From Hadesarchaea archaeon (GTDB lineage: Archaea; Hadarchaeota; Hadarchaeia; Hadarchaeales; Hadarchaeaceae): DNA of 25,943 bases. The stretch is from assembly GCA_030619825.1 (NCBI GenBank), contig JAUXAS010000005.1, positions 1 to 25,943 of the forward strand. The letters are read 5' to 3'. Both the position numbers and the translations under genes were made by a program. The notes beneath the pieces are model-generated. The model was not told where the DNA came from, ran no database searches, and saw only the letters and a program-made list of their open reading frames with translations. Below, piece by piece: positions 8,605 to 16,522 of the stretch (positions are counted from its first letter, which is position 1; each line of letters begins with the position of its first letter).

Positions 8605-9489
8605 ATGCAGGACCGTGCCAAGATTTTGCTCGAGGCCTTACCCTACATCCAGCAGTTCCATGGCAAGACTATAGTCATCAAGCTCGGCGGGAGTGTGATG
8701 GAGAAGGAGAAGCTGCTCGACGCAATGCTTCGAGACATCGTGCTTCTAAGCTACGTCGGGATGAAGGTAGCGATCGTGCACGGCGGTGGGCCTGAAGTAA
8801 GTGAGGAGATGCGCAAGCTGGGGAAGAAACCGAAGTTCGTCGAGGGACTTCGCGTGACCGATGAAGAAACGATGGAAATCCTGCACGAGCAGCTCGCGGG
8901 AAAAGTAAACAAGGAAATCGTGCTGGGGATAAGCAAACACGGTGGACGCGCGGTGGGGATCTCGGGGATGGACGGAAATCTCATCCGTGCCCACAAGCTC
9001 CTCTACAAGACGACGACGAGCAAGGGGCGCGAGGTAGAAGTAGATCTTGGGCTAGTCGGCGAGGTCGAGCAGATAAACCCGACTGTTATAAACTACCTCG
9101 TTGGGACCGGTTACATCCCGGTGATCGCCCCGATAGGCGTAGATGCGGAAGGACACAGCCTGAACATCAACGCCGATGTCGTGGCAGCTGAACTCGCAGC
9201 CGCCATGCGTGCAAAGAAGCTCATCCTGCTCACCGATGTTATAGGGGTGATGCGCGACCCGAAAGACGAGAAGTCGCTCATCTCGCAGCTGACCGCCGAG
9301 GAAGCACAGAGGCTCGTCCAAGAGGGCGTTATCAAGAAGGGTATGATCCCAAAGGCCGAGGCCTGCGTGAGGGCCGTGCAGGGTGGTGTCGAGCGCGCCC
9401 ACATCATCTGTGGCACGGCACCCCACGCGTTCCTGCTCGAGATCCTGACTGAGAGCGGCATAGGCACGATGATCGAACGGGGAAAGTGA
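8605..9489 (+). CDS. argB: acetylglutamate kinase
   Basis: LLEALPYIQQFHGKTIVIKLGG, VHGGGP, GLRVTD, NINAD, LTDV and GMIPK. ATG 8605 is preferred to 8560. Confidence 0.96.
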   Translation: MQDRAKILLEALPYIQQFHGKTIVIKLGGSVMEKEKLLDAMLRDIVLLSYVGMKVAIVHGGGPEVSEEMRKLGKKPKFVEGLRVTDEETMEILHEQLAGKVNKEIVLGISKHGGRAVGISGMDGNLIRAHKLLYKTTTSKGREVEVDLGLVGEVEQINPTVINYLVGTGYIPVIAPIGVDAEGHSLNINADVVAAELAAAMRAKKLILLTDVIGVMRDPKDEKSLISQLTAEEAQRLVQEGVIKKGMIPKAEACVRAVQGGVERAHIICGTAPHAFLLEILTESGIGTMIERGK

Positions 9490-10677
9490 ATGCAGCGCAT
9501 CCGAGAGCTCGATGAGCGCTACGTCGCGAGCACCTATCGACGCCAGCCCCTGACGCTTGTCAAGGGGCGGGGGATGTTCGTTGAGGATATTCATGGTAAA
9601 AGTTACCTTGATTTCGTCGGAGGCATTGCCGTATGTTCGCTTGGACACTGCCACCCCGCGCTGACGAAAGCTATCTCTGCACAAGCGAAAAAGCTCATGC
9701 ACGTTTCAAATCTTTATTACATCCAACAACAAGCGGAGCTGGCGGCATTGCTCTCACGCGTCGTCCCAAAGGGTATCAACAAGTTCTTCTTCTGCAACTC
9801 GGGCGCAGAGGCCATCGAGGGGGCCTTCAAGCTCGCGATCAAGCACACCCGTCGCCAGCGTATCATCGCCATGCAGGGCTCCTTCCACGGTAGAACTGCG
9901 GCGACCGTTGGCGCGACTTGGAAATCCAGCTATCGTGAGCCATTTGAAGCCATCATCCCAAAAATCTTCGACTTCGTGCCCTTCGACGACCTTGCCGCCG
10001 TCGAGCGAACGATGGGTGAGCAAACGGCTGCCGTGATCGTGGAGCCGGTTCAAGGCGAGGGTGGCGTAAATGTGCCATCAGATGACTACTTGCCTGGACT
10101 GCAAAAGCTGTGCGATGAGCATGGAGTGCTCTTGATCTGCGATGAAGTTCAAACCGGCATGGGGCGCACTGGGAAGTGGTTTGCATGCGAGCACTGGGGT
10201 GTTGAGCCCGATGAGCTCACGATGGCAAAAGCTCTAGGCGGTGGCTTCCCGATCGGCTGCTTGGGCGCAGGGGCTGAGGTGATGGGTTCATTCACGCCCG
10301 GTGACCACGCTTCAACCTTCGGCGGCAATCCTTTGGCTTGTGCGGCTGCAAGAGCCGTGATAGAAACGATGCAAAAGCTGAAACTACCCCAGCGAGCCGC
10401 GAAAATTGGCGAGTACTTCAAAACACGCTTGAACGAACTCGCAGACAAACACGGGTGCGTGCGAGGGGTGCGGGGGCTCGGGCTAATGCTTGCGATGGAA
10501 CTTTCCACTAAACAAATTGCAGATGCCGCGGTGGTCAAAGCTAGGGAGCGAGGTTTCTTGATAAACTGCACCGCCGACAGGGTTTTGAGGTTCGTCCCCC
10601 CGCTGATAATCGAACGAAAACATATCGATCGCTTAATAGAGGCATTGGACGAGATATTTTCCGAGGTCGAGAAGTGA
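9490..10677 (+). CDS. argD: acetylornithine aminotransferase
   Basis: Class III aminotransferase motifs GIAVCSLGH, HVSNLY, NSGAEAIE, SFHGRT, EPVQGEGG, DEVQTGMGRTG, AKALGGG and HASTFGGNPL. Abuts argB. Confidence 0.93.
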   Translation: MQRIRELDERYVASTYRRQPLTLVKGRGMFVEDIHGKSYLDFVGGIAVCSLGHCHPALTKAISAQAKKLMHVSNLYYIQQQAELAALLSRVVPKGINKFFFCNSGAEAIEGAFKLAIKHTRRQRIIAMQGSFHGRTAATVGATWKSSYREPFEAIIPKIFDFVPFDDLAAVERTMGEQTAAVIVEPVQGEGGVNVPSDDYLPGLQKLCDEHGVLLICDEVQTGMGRTGKWFACEHWGVEPDELTMAKALGGGFPIGCLGAGAEVMGSFTPGDHASTFGGNPLACAAARAVIETMQKLKLPQRAAKIGEYFKTRLNELADKHGCVRGVRGLGLMLAMELSTKQIADAAVVKARERGFLINCTADRVLRFVPPLIIERKHIDRLIEALDEIFSEVEK

Positions 10678-11597
10678 TGGTTAAACACTTGCTCTCCATG
10701 CAGGACCTTAGCCCAAATGAAATCGAGGCAATTTTGGATGACGCCGCGGGGCTCAAGGAAAAGCTTCGAAGAGGGGAACCGCACGAATTGCTCCGGGGCA
10801 AAACGCTTGGTATGATATTCGAGAAACCATCCCTACGCACGCGGGTGACCTTCGAAACCGGGATGACTCAACTCGGCGGGCACGCGATCTACCTGGCGCC
10901 AGCTGATATTCAGCTCGGGAAGCGGGAATCCGTTCCTGACACGGCCCGCAACCTCTCACGCTGGGTCGACGCGGTGATGGCGAGGTTATTCAAACATGAT
11001 ATCATCGTCGAACTCGCGCGCCACTCAAGTGTACCTGTAATCAATGGGCTGACCGACCTGCATCACCCATGCCAAACGCTTGGCGACTTGCTCACCATCC
11101 GCGAGCACAAGGGCAAGCTCCGCGGCCTGAAACTGGCTTGGGTTGGCGATGGAAACAACGTCTGCAACTCCCTGTTGCTCGGATGCACGCTGGTCGGGAT
11201 GAACATCTCCGCCGTCTGTCCGCACGGCTACGAGCCGGATGCAAACGTGATGACGCAAGCGAAGAAAAACGCGGAAAAAAGTGGTGCTAAACTCGAACTC
11301 CTAACCAATCCCAAAAAAGCTGTGGCCGGGGCTGACGTGATTTACACCGATGTCTGGGTCTCTATGGGTCAGGAAAAAGAGGCGAAGCGACGGATGCGCG
11401 CATTCGAGGGCTACCAGGTCAACGCCCAACTGTTGAAGCTGGCAAAGCCAAACGTCATCGTCATGCACTGCTTGCCGGCCCACCGGGGGCAAGAGATCAC
11501 GGACGAAGTCATCGATGGGCCCCGCTCGGTGGTATTGGATCAGGCCGAAAATCGAATGCATGCCCAAAAGGCCCTGTTGGTTTCCCTGCTCGCTTGA
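10677..11597 (+). CDS. argF: ornithine carbamoyltransferase
   Basis: FEKPSLRTR carbamoyl-phosphate motif, HPCQ, DVWVSMG (ornithine SMG loop), HCLPAHRG and QAENR. TGATG overlap with argD. Confidence 0.96.
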   Translation: MVKHLLSMQDLSPNEIEAILDDAAGLKEKLRRGEPHELLRGKTLGMIFEKPSLRTRVTFETGMTQLGGHAIYLAPADIQLGKRESVPDTARNLSRWVDAVMARLFKHDIIVELARHSSVPVINGLTDLHHPCQTLGDLLTIREHKGKLRGLKLAWVGDGNNVCNSLLLGCTLVGMNISAVCPHGYEPDANVMTQAKKNAEKSGAKLELLTNPKKAVAGADVIYTDVWVSMGQEKEAKRRMRAFEGYQVNAQLLKLAKPNVIVMHCLPAHRGQEITDEVIDGPRSVVLDQAENRMHAQKALLVSLLA

Positions 11598-11661
11598 CTC
11601 GAAATCCCCAACGAACGATATTTTTAATTGCTCTCCTCGATAGTGGAAATTCGGTAATGAG

Positions 11662-12627
11662 ATGAGATTATTAGTCGCCTTGGGCGGAAACGCTATCAAG
11701 CAGGCCCATGAAAGGGGGACCACCGCGGAGCAATTTCTGAACTGCAAGAAAACCACCCGACTTCTCGCGCAACTGGTAAAGCGGATGAAACCCAATGATC
11801 GGCTCGTGATAACACACGGCAACGGGCCTCAAGCCGGAAACCTCATGGTGCAACAGGAAGCTGGTAAAGACATCGTGCCACCTCAGGACTTGGACGTGGT
11901 TGGAGCGATGACGCAGGGGCATATCGCTTACATGCTACAGCAGACGTTGGACAACTACCTCAGGGAGCTTGGGATAAACATTCCCGTTGTGGGGGTGGTG
12001 AACCGAGTGTGCGTCCGCAGGGACGACCCCGAGTTCATCGGGGAGAATGCCTCTAAACCGGTGGGAAATTTTCTCACCAAAGCTGAGGCCATGCTGCTCA
12101 AGAAGAAGCACCCAGAGTACATCTTGAAGAAGGTTAAACCCACGGGAAAAAAGTGTTGGAGAAGAGTGGTTCCCTCCCCAGATCCGATAAGTAACGTCGA
12201 GGACGAAGTGATAAGAAAAATGGTCAATGCGGGAATCATCGTCATCGCCTCTGGAGGTGGAGGGATACCGGTGGTGCTGGACGAGGACGGGCATTACCGG
12301 GGGGTCGATGCGGTGATAGACAAAGACCTGGCTGGGGAAAAGCTGACGGAGGTCGTTGGCGCCGATGTTTTTCTGATCCTGACCGATGTGGAGAAAGTAA
12401 AGTTGAACTTCGGCAAACCCGATGAAAGGGAAATAGACAGGATGACCCTTGCAGAGGCCAAGCGATATCTCTCGGAAGGACATTTCCTCGCCGGGAGCAT
12501 GGGGCCAAAGGTCAATGCATGTATCCGGTTCCTTGAATGGGGTGGGAAAAGGGCCGTGATAACCTCGTTGGATAAGGCGATCGATGCGTTGGAAGGGAAA
12601 ACTGGTACGGAAATTGTGAAGGGATAA
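11662..12627 (+). CDS. arcC: carbamate kinase (possibly anabolic, CK-like carbamoyl-phosphate synthetase)
   Basis: ALGGNA, THGNGPQ, KPVG, RRVVPSPDP, GGGGIPV, AVIDKD and GSMGPK. Own TATA-like TTTTTAAT at about 11621-11628. Confidence 0.94.
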   Translation: MRLLVALGGNAIKQAHERGTTAEQFLNCKKTTRLLAQLVKRMKPNDRLVITHGNGPQAGNLMVQQEAGKDIVPPQDLDVVGAMTQGHIAYMLQQTLDNYLRELGINIPVVGVVNRVCVRRDDPEFIGENASKPVGNFLTKAEAMLLKKKHPEYILKKVKPTGKKCWRRVVPSPDPISNVEDEVIRKMVNAGIIVIASGGGGIPVVLDEDGHYRGVDAVIDKDLAGEKLTEVVGADVFLILTDVEKVKLNFGKPDEREIDRMTLAEAKRYLSEGHFLAGSMGPKVNACIRFLEWGGKRAVITSLDKAIDALEGKTGTEIVKG

Positions 12628-13200
12628 GTGCTGTCCATGCCGCGTGCCATTGGGCCCCTACCGCGCTTTGCCGAGGTTCACGTTCGGATGGCGCTCGAGC
12701 TCATCGCTGAACGTAAAACGATTGGTCGCAAGCAGCTCGCCGAAGAGCTCGGTGTGGGCGAGGGCAGCATGCGCACGATTCTCAACCAACTGAAGAAGCG
12801 AGGCCTAATAACTTCCTCGCGCGGCGGGCATGCACTTACAACCAAGGGCAAGCGTTTTCTAGGCAAGCCCCTCGAGTTCGTGCAAATCGATGCTGGCAAC
12901 ATCACGGTTGGCAATTTCGATGTCGCGACAATCGTTCGCGGTGCAGCGAAGAAAGTCAAGCGGGGTATCGAGCAACGGGACGAAGCAATAAAAGTTGGTG
13001 CTCAAGGGGCGACTGTGCTAATCTTCAAAGCTGGCAAATTTCAATTCCCTGATGGTTTCTTCGAAGTTGAAAAGGAAAAAAGTGTGGCCCTTATCAAAGC
13101 ATTTAGCCCCAGCGAGGGGGACGTCATTGTGATCGGGTCCGCGCGAGATGCGGTGAAGGCCGAAGCTGGGACGAGGGCTGCCGCGCGAACGCTGTTGTAA
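12628..13200 (+). CDS. winged-helix DNA-binding protein, DUF4443-like (putative transcription regulator)
   Basis: N-terminal wHTH (IGRKQLAEELGVGEGSMRTILNQLKKRGLI..GHALT) plus a C-terminal domain with GIEQRDEAIKVGAQGATVL. Starts immediately after the arcC stop (TAA-GTG; alternative ATG 12637). Confidence 0.7.
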   Translation: MLSMPRAIGPLPRFAEVHVRMALELIAERKTIGRKQLAEELGVGEGSMRTILNQLKKRGLITSSRGGHALTTKGKRFLGKPLEFVQIDAGNITVGNFDVATIVRGAAKKVKRGIEQRDEAIKVGAQGATVLIFKAGKFQFPDGFFEVEKEKSVALIKAFSPSEGDVIVIGSARDAVKAEAGTRAAARTLL

Positions 13201-13203
13201 CTA

Positions 13204-13605
13204 TTATGGCATTTCAGAGGTATAATTCCATAGGATGTTGTCCCCGTCCATTATCCCATATCTGTCCGCGGCTATTCCTCCAAGTTGTCCATTGACATAA
13301 TATAGCCACCAAGTCGTTCCCGTCTGATTTACACCACCAATTGAGGTTACAAATATGCCAATCCCCGGATAAAACTTATATTCCACATCTGCGACTTTAT
13401 CCAAGACATCGAAAACCGTCTCCCCAATCGAAAAATCGACGTTTTCGTTTACGAACATTACGTTGTCCACTTCGTTCTTTACGACGATGGATATGGTTCC
13501 GGCGACACCCCCTCGCTGGATACCGCCAGCCCAAACTGATCCTGCTGCCACTGCCGATAGTAAGACGCCGAGTATCACCAATTGGGTTTTCGTCCACTTC
13601 TCCAC
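13204..13605 (-). CDS. DUF4430 / transcobalamin-C-terminal-like membrane-anchored protein
   Basis: N-terminal hydrophobic anchor, then TVFDVL, GIFVTSIGGV, WWLYYVNG and GDNILWNY, which fit the transcobalamin-like beta-domain pattern. Strong SD (GGAGGTGA) upstream. Confidence 0.8.
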   Translation of the reverse strand: MEKWTKTQLVILGVLLSAVAAGSVWAGGIQRGGVAGTISIVVKNEVDNVMFVNENVDFSIGETVFDVLDKVADVEYKFYPGIGIFVTSIGGVNQTGTTWWLYYVNGQLGGIAADRYGIMDGDNILWNYTSEMP

Positions 13606-13609
13606 CTCA

Positions 13610-14281
13610 TCACCTCCTGCTAGATGCTTTCACCCCAGCTCCGACCCTTGTTGCCACTGGGACGGGTACCTTCACCCGCACCAGCAACTTCCCGAGCCCG
13701 ACAAGGGGAGGGACGAAGACGAGGGACGCCAGATGGAAAAGCGTGAACGGGATCTGTCCGAGAAAAACTATCCAAAGCGATCCGCCCATGGTAAGCGAAG
13801 AGCCTATAAGCCCGGTCCAAACATCAAATAAGATAATGGCAATCGCGGCCGTGAGTGTCGTGCGCCATAACAGTTTCTTGAATTTGTTAAACATGGAGAG
13901 CTTGTTTCTCATAGCAAGCAGCCAAGCAAAGATGAAACCTGACCACACGAAAGCGTGGATAGGTAGAATTCCATACATGATAAACCATACGATAAACGCG
14001 CTGATTACCGCCAAGACTCCAAAGTACCGGGTAACTATTCGCCAAAATTTGGACGGGCCGCAGTAAAGCGAGAAGGAGCCGGTGACGACAAGAACCGGGA
14101 TTATCCATTCGAAATTCGGAAGAAAAGTTATCCCAATGAAATAACGATACACCGCAAACATGCCTATTAAAAAAATTCCTATGAAAACGAATATCTTGAA
14201 CCGTTTAGATAGCACTTCGTCGGGGGTTCTACCACCCCATATTTTCTCTGCAATTTTTCTTCTTACTCTGGTTATCCCCAA
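13610..14281 (-). CDS. membrane protein resembling ECF S-components (CbrT/BtuM-like), putative cobalamin transporter
   Basis: About 6 hydrophobic segments, LPNFE motif after the first helix and GQIPFTLFHLAS near the last. Ends just upstream of the DUF4430 gene (4-nt gap). The TTG start is uncertain. Confidence 0.55.
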   Translation of the reverse strand: MGITRVRRKIAEKIWGGRTPDEVLSKRFKIFVFIGIFLIGMFAVYRYFIGITFLPNFEWIIPVLVVTGSFSLYCGPSKFWRIVTRYFGVLAVISAFIVWFIMYGILPIHAFVWSGFIFAWLLAMRNKLSMFNKFKKLLWRTTLTAAIAIILFDVWTGLIGSSLTMGGSLWIVFLGQIPFTLFHLASLVFVPPLVGLGKLLVRVKVPVPVATRVGAGVKASSRR

Positions 14282-14293
14282 GCTTCAACCCGG

Positions 14294-14326
14294 TGTTGGA
14301 TGGTATATCCAACATAAAAACCTTTC
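14294..14326 (-). promoter_or_regulatory. BRE/TATA promoter with adjacent 8-5-8 palindromic operator
   Basis: Minus strand reads GAAAGG-TTTTTAT directly followed by the palindrome; on the plus strand TGTTGGAT-GGTAT-ATCCAACA (14294-14314). Confidence 0.6.
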
Positions 14327-14348
14327 TTAAAAATCCAAAATAAATCGA

Positions 14349-14456
14349 CTAAATCTTCCGCTGCTTGATCCTGCGGAGCTTCCGCCGCATGCGCTTCCGG
14401 ACCCACTTCCAGCGCATTTGTCCCTTCTTCTTCCACTTGCGAGGCCGCTTCCCCAT
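14349..14456 (-). CDS. rpl41e: ribosomal protein eL41 (L41e / eS32), 35 aa
   Basis: [35 protein letters not shown] closely resembles the Thermococcales-type long eL41 ([15 protein letters not shown]). GGTGG SD and a TTTTTAAATA TATA-like element lie upstream. Confidence 0.88.
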   Translation of the reverse strand: MGKRPRKWKKKGQMRWKWVRKRMRRKLRRIKQRKI

Positions 14457-14646
14457 GATCCACCGACTTGCTCTGGAACTGTAGAGGCTAAAAACTTTAT
14501 TTAAAAACTCGTGTGATGAAAAGGTGCAGCCTAATTTCAATTTTCAAGTTTTTCCCTACCCCATCTATTTCGCCCGGGCCAAAGAGCGCCGTCGAAGGGG
14601 AGGACCAAGGTTTTAAAGGCTTGACGGATAACCCAGCCACGGAGGG

Positions 14647-15048
14647 TTGAACCTGGCAAGGGCAAAAAAAGCATCTAAATGTAAATTGATTACCCTCGTC
14701 GGTCCCGCGGCTTTCTACATCGGCTTACTGATAGCATTAATTGCAGCGTTCGTAACACCATCGAGTTGGCTTTTCGTGGCGCTTGGCGTGTTGGGAGTAA
14801 TCGTCGGCCTCCTCAACATAACTACCCGCGAAACCAGCCCATTCCTGCTGGCCTCGATTGCCTTTATCGTCGCTGCTTGGGGCATGTGGACATTAATGTA
14901 TATGGCATTTGGTCTAGCGTTAGTTTCCATTCCAGAAATTCTAACAAAGGAGTTTCTCCGACTAGCAGCGAACCTAACGGTACTCATTGGCGCGTCAGCG
15001 ATGGTCATTTCGCTGAGGGCAATCTACGAAGTTGCAAAGGGCAGGTAA
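14647..15048 (+). CDS. hypothetical 4-TM membrane protein
   Basis: 133 aa with four hydrophobic segments and the LGVIVGLLNITxRETxPFLLAS pattern, recalled from archaeal hypothetical proteins. GGAGG SD and AAGGTTTTAAA TATA-like element upstream. Confidence 0.75.
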   Translation: MNLARAKKASKCKLITLVGPAAFYIGLLIALIAAFVTPSSWLFVALGVLGVIVGLLNITTRETSPFLLASIAFIVAAWGMWTLMYMAFGLALVSIPEILTKEFLRLAANLTVLIGASAMVISLRAIYEVAKGR

Positions 15049-15202
15049 ACTCTGCCCTTCCTTTTATTTTTAAATCAGCCTTAGTTTAGGCAACTTTTCC
15101 TCGGGGGGCACTCCCTTCGGCAAACCCACCTCGAGAGCGATCATGTATGATTGACGTTTGTAAATTTAGATAAATTGTTTCGAGCAAGCGAAGCAGCTGG
15201 CT

Positions 15203-16429
15203 TTATTTCTTTTTAGAACGTTTTCGGAGCATGTACTTTAACCCTATCGGAGTTATGAAGGTGGTCACAAAAGCCGTGAAAACGAGCAAAGACACATAGA
15301 TATCGGCCTCGGCAGATGAGATCCCTATCTTACTAGCGACACCAACAATGACCATTGCCAAGATGAGTTCTACCGTCCCCCGCCCGTTCATCCCTATGCC
15401 AATGGTGAGCGCTTCTCTTTTTCTCAGCCCAGTGAGATACGCTCCGCCGCCCGCCCCTATCACCTTCCCAGCTATCGCCGCTATGATGAGCGCTATCAAG
15501 AATAAGGTATGGGTTTCGAACACTCCAAAGCTCACATGGAAAGCCACGCTCACGATAAATATAGGTCCCAGAAAACCATGGCTAAGGGTTTGGAAGCGCC
15601 GGTTCAAATCCCGAAATGCTCCACCAACGAACTCCTCCCGCACGAATAAGCCCGCCAGATATGCACCGATGATGAAATGCAGCCCCATCACCTGTCCGAT
15701 GCCAGCGATGAGGAGGCCCATGACTAGGGCAAACGTGAACCCTCTTGCTCCGGGGTGAACGAAGAACTTCCCAACTAGTGGATAGACACGATAGCCGATG
15801 AACAGCGCGATTCCGAAGAAGGCTACTACCAGCGCTACTGTATACACTACATCTAAAGGACCCACTATTCCCACTGTTATCGCCTTTATGACCACAGCGA
15901 GGATGATGAACGTGAAAATATTATCCACCATCGCCCCGCCCATCATGGTGTACCCAACTTTAGATTTGAGGATGCCCAAGTCGCCGAGTATCCTCACTTT
16001 GGTAACAAGAGAAGTACCCGAGATGGCGAGTCCCACGATGAGCGCTATCCAAAAATTGTGTGTAAAGAACCAGGTGACGAGCCCCCCAAAAAGTAAAGGC
16101 ATAAGGGTGCCCGCTATCCCCACTCCAAAAAAAGTTTTTACTCTCTTCCCTAATTTTTTCGGATCGGTTATTAACCCTGCATAGAACATCAGGAAAAACA
16201 TCCCTAACGCGGCAAGGATGCCCAGTTCAGCTGAAGTCCATTCAAAGATGGGATTCCCTATGAGGCCCTCCTTAACCCCCGTTTCTCCTACGATGCCCAA
16301 GATGGAAGGGCCGATGACCAACCCCGCTAGGAGCTCCCCTAAAATTAGAGGTTGGCCGAATTTTTCAAAAAGTAGCCCAACGCCCCACACCACCGCCAAT
16401 ATAAAGAGGATGGTAAAAATTATTTCCAT
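15203..16429 (-). CDS. CPA2-family cation:proton antiporter (NapA/Kef-like)
   Basis: QPLILGELLAGLVIGPS, FLMFYAGL, TSLVTKVRIL, GAYLAGL, PIFIVSV and GIGMNGRG; about 12-13 TM segments. Confidence 0.88.
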   Translation of the reverse strand: MEIIFTILFILAVVWGVGLLFEKFGQPLILGELLAGLVIGPSILGIVGETGVKEGLIGNPIFEWTSAELGILAALGMFFLMFYAGLITDPKKLGKRVKTFFGVGIAGTLMPLLFGGLVTWFFTHNFWIALIVGLAISGTSLVTKVRILGDLGILKSKVGYTMMGGAMVDNIFTFIILAVVIKAITVGIVGPLDVVYTVALVVAFFGIALFIGYRVYPLVGKFFVHPGARGFTFALVMGLLIAGIGQVMGLHFIIGAYLAGLFVREEFVGGAFRDLNRRFQTLSHGFLGPIFIVSVAFHVSFGVFETHTLFLIALIIAAIAGKVIGAGGGAYLTGLRKREALTIGIGMNGRGTVELILAMVIVGVASKIGISSAEADIYVSLLVFTAFVTTFITPIGLKYMLRKRSKKK

Positions 16430-16522
16430 TTATTTCCCGCCGACTTGTCTACCTCCGATGTCCCTCCTGAAGTTGAACATAAATCACTTTGTATAAAAGC
16501 ACAAACTTTCTCTTTACTCAAA

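Noticed and set aside
2401..11661. Shared ARG-box-like operator across the argG, argH, argJ, argB and arcC promoters
   Set aside because: By eye only short partial matches appear (TAAACC after two TATA boxes, TGCTCTC after two others), which is not distinguishable from chance without motif discovery.
10677..12627. argF + arcC as a catabolic arginine deiminase operon
   Set aside because: No arcA or arcD in the window, and argF is translationally coupled to anabolic argD. It cannot be excluded genome-wide.
13341..14066. 241-aa plus-strand ORF
   Set aside because: Antisense shadow of the DUF4430 and membrane protein genes, with no motifs.
14282..14348. Cobalamin riboswitch upstream of the putative B12 genes
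   Set aside because: The spacer is only 67 nt with no B12-box; it is filled by a TATA box and a DNA palindrome.
15078..15137. GC-rich hairpins between convergent genes (GCCT/AGGC; CTCGGGGGG/CCACCTCGAG)
   Set aside because: Short stems next to a T-tract, consistent with an ordinary termination region; no tRNA or known ncRNA consensus.
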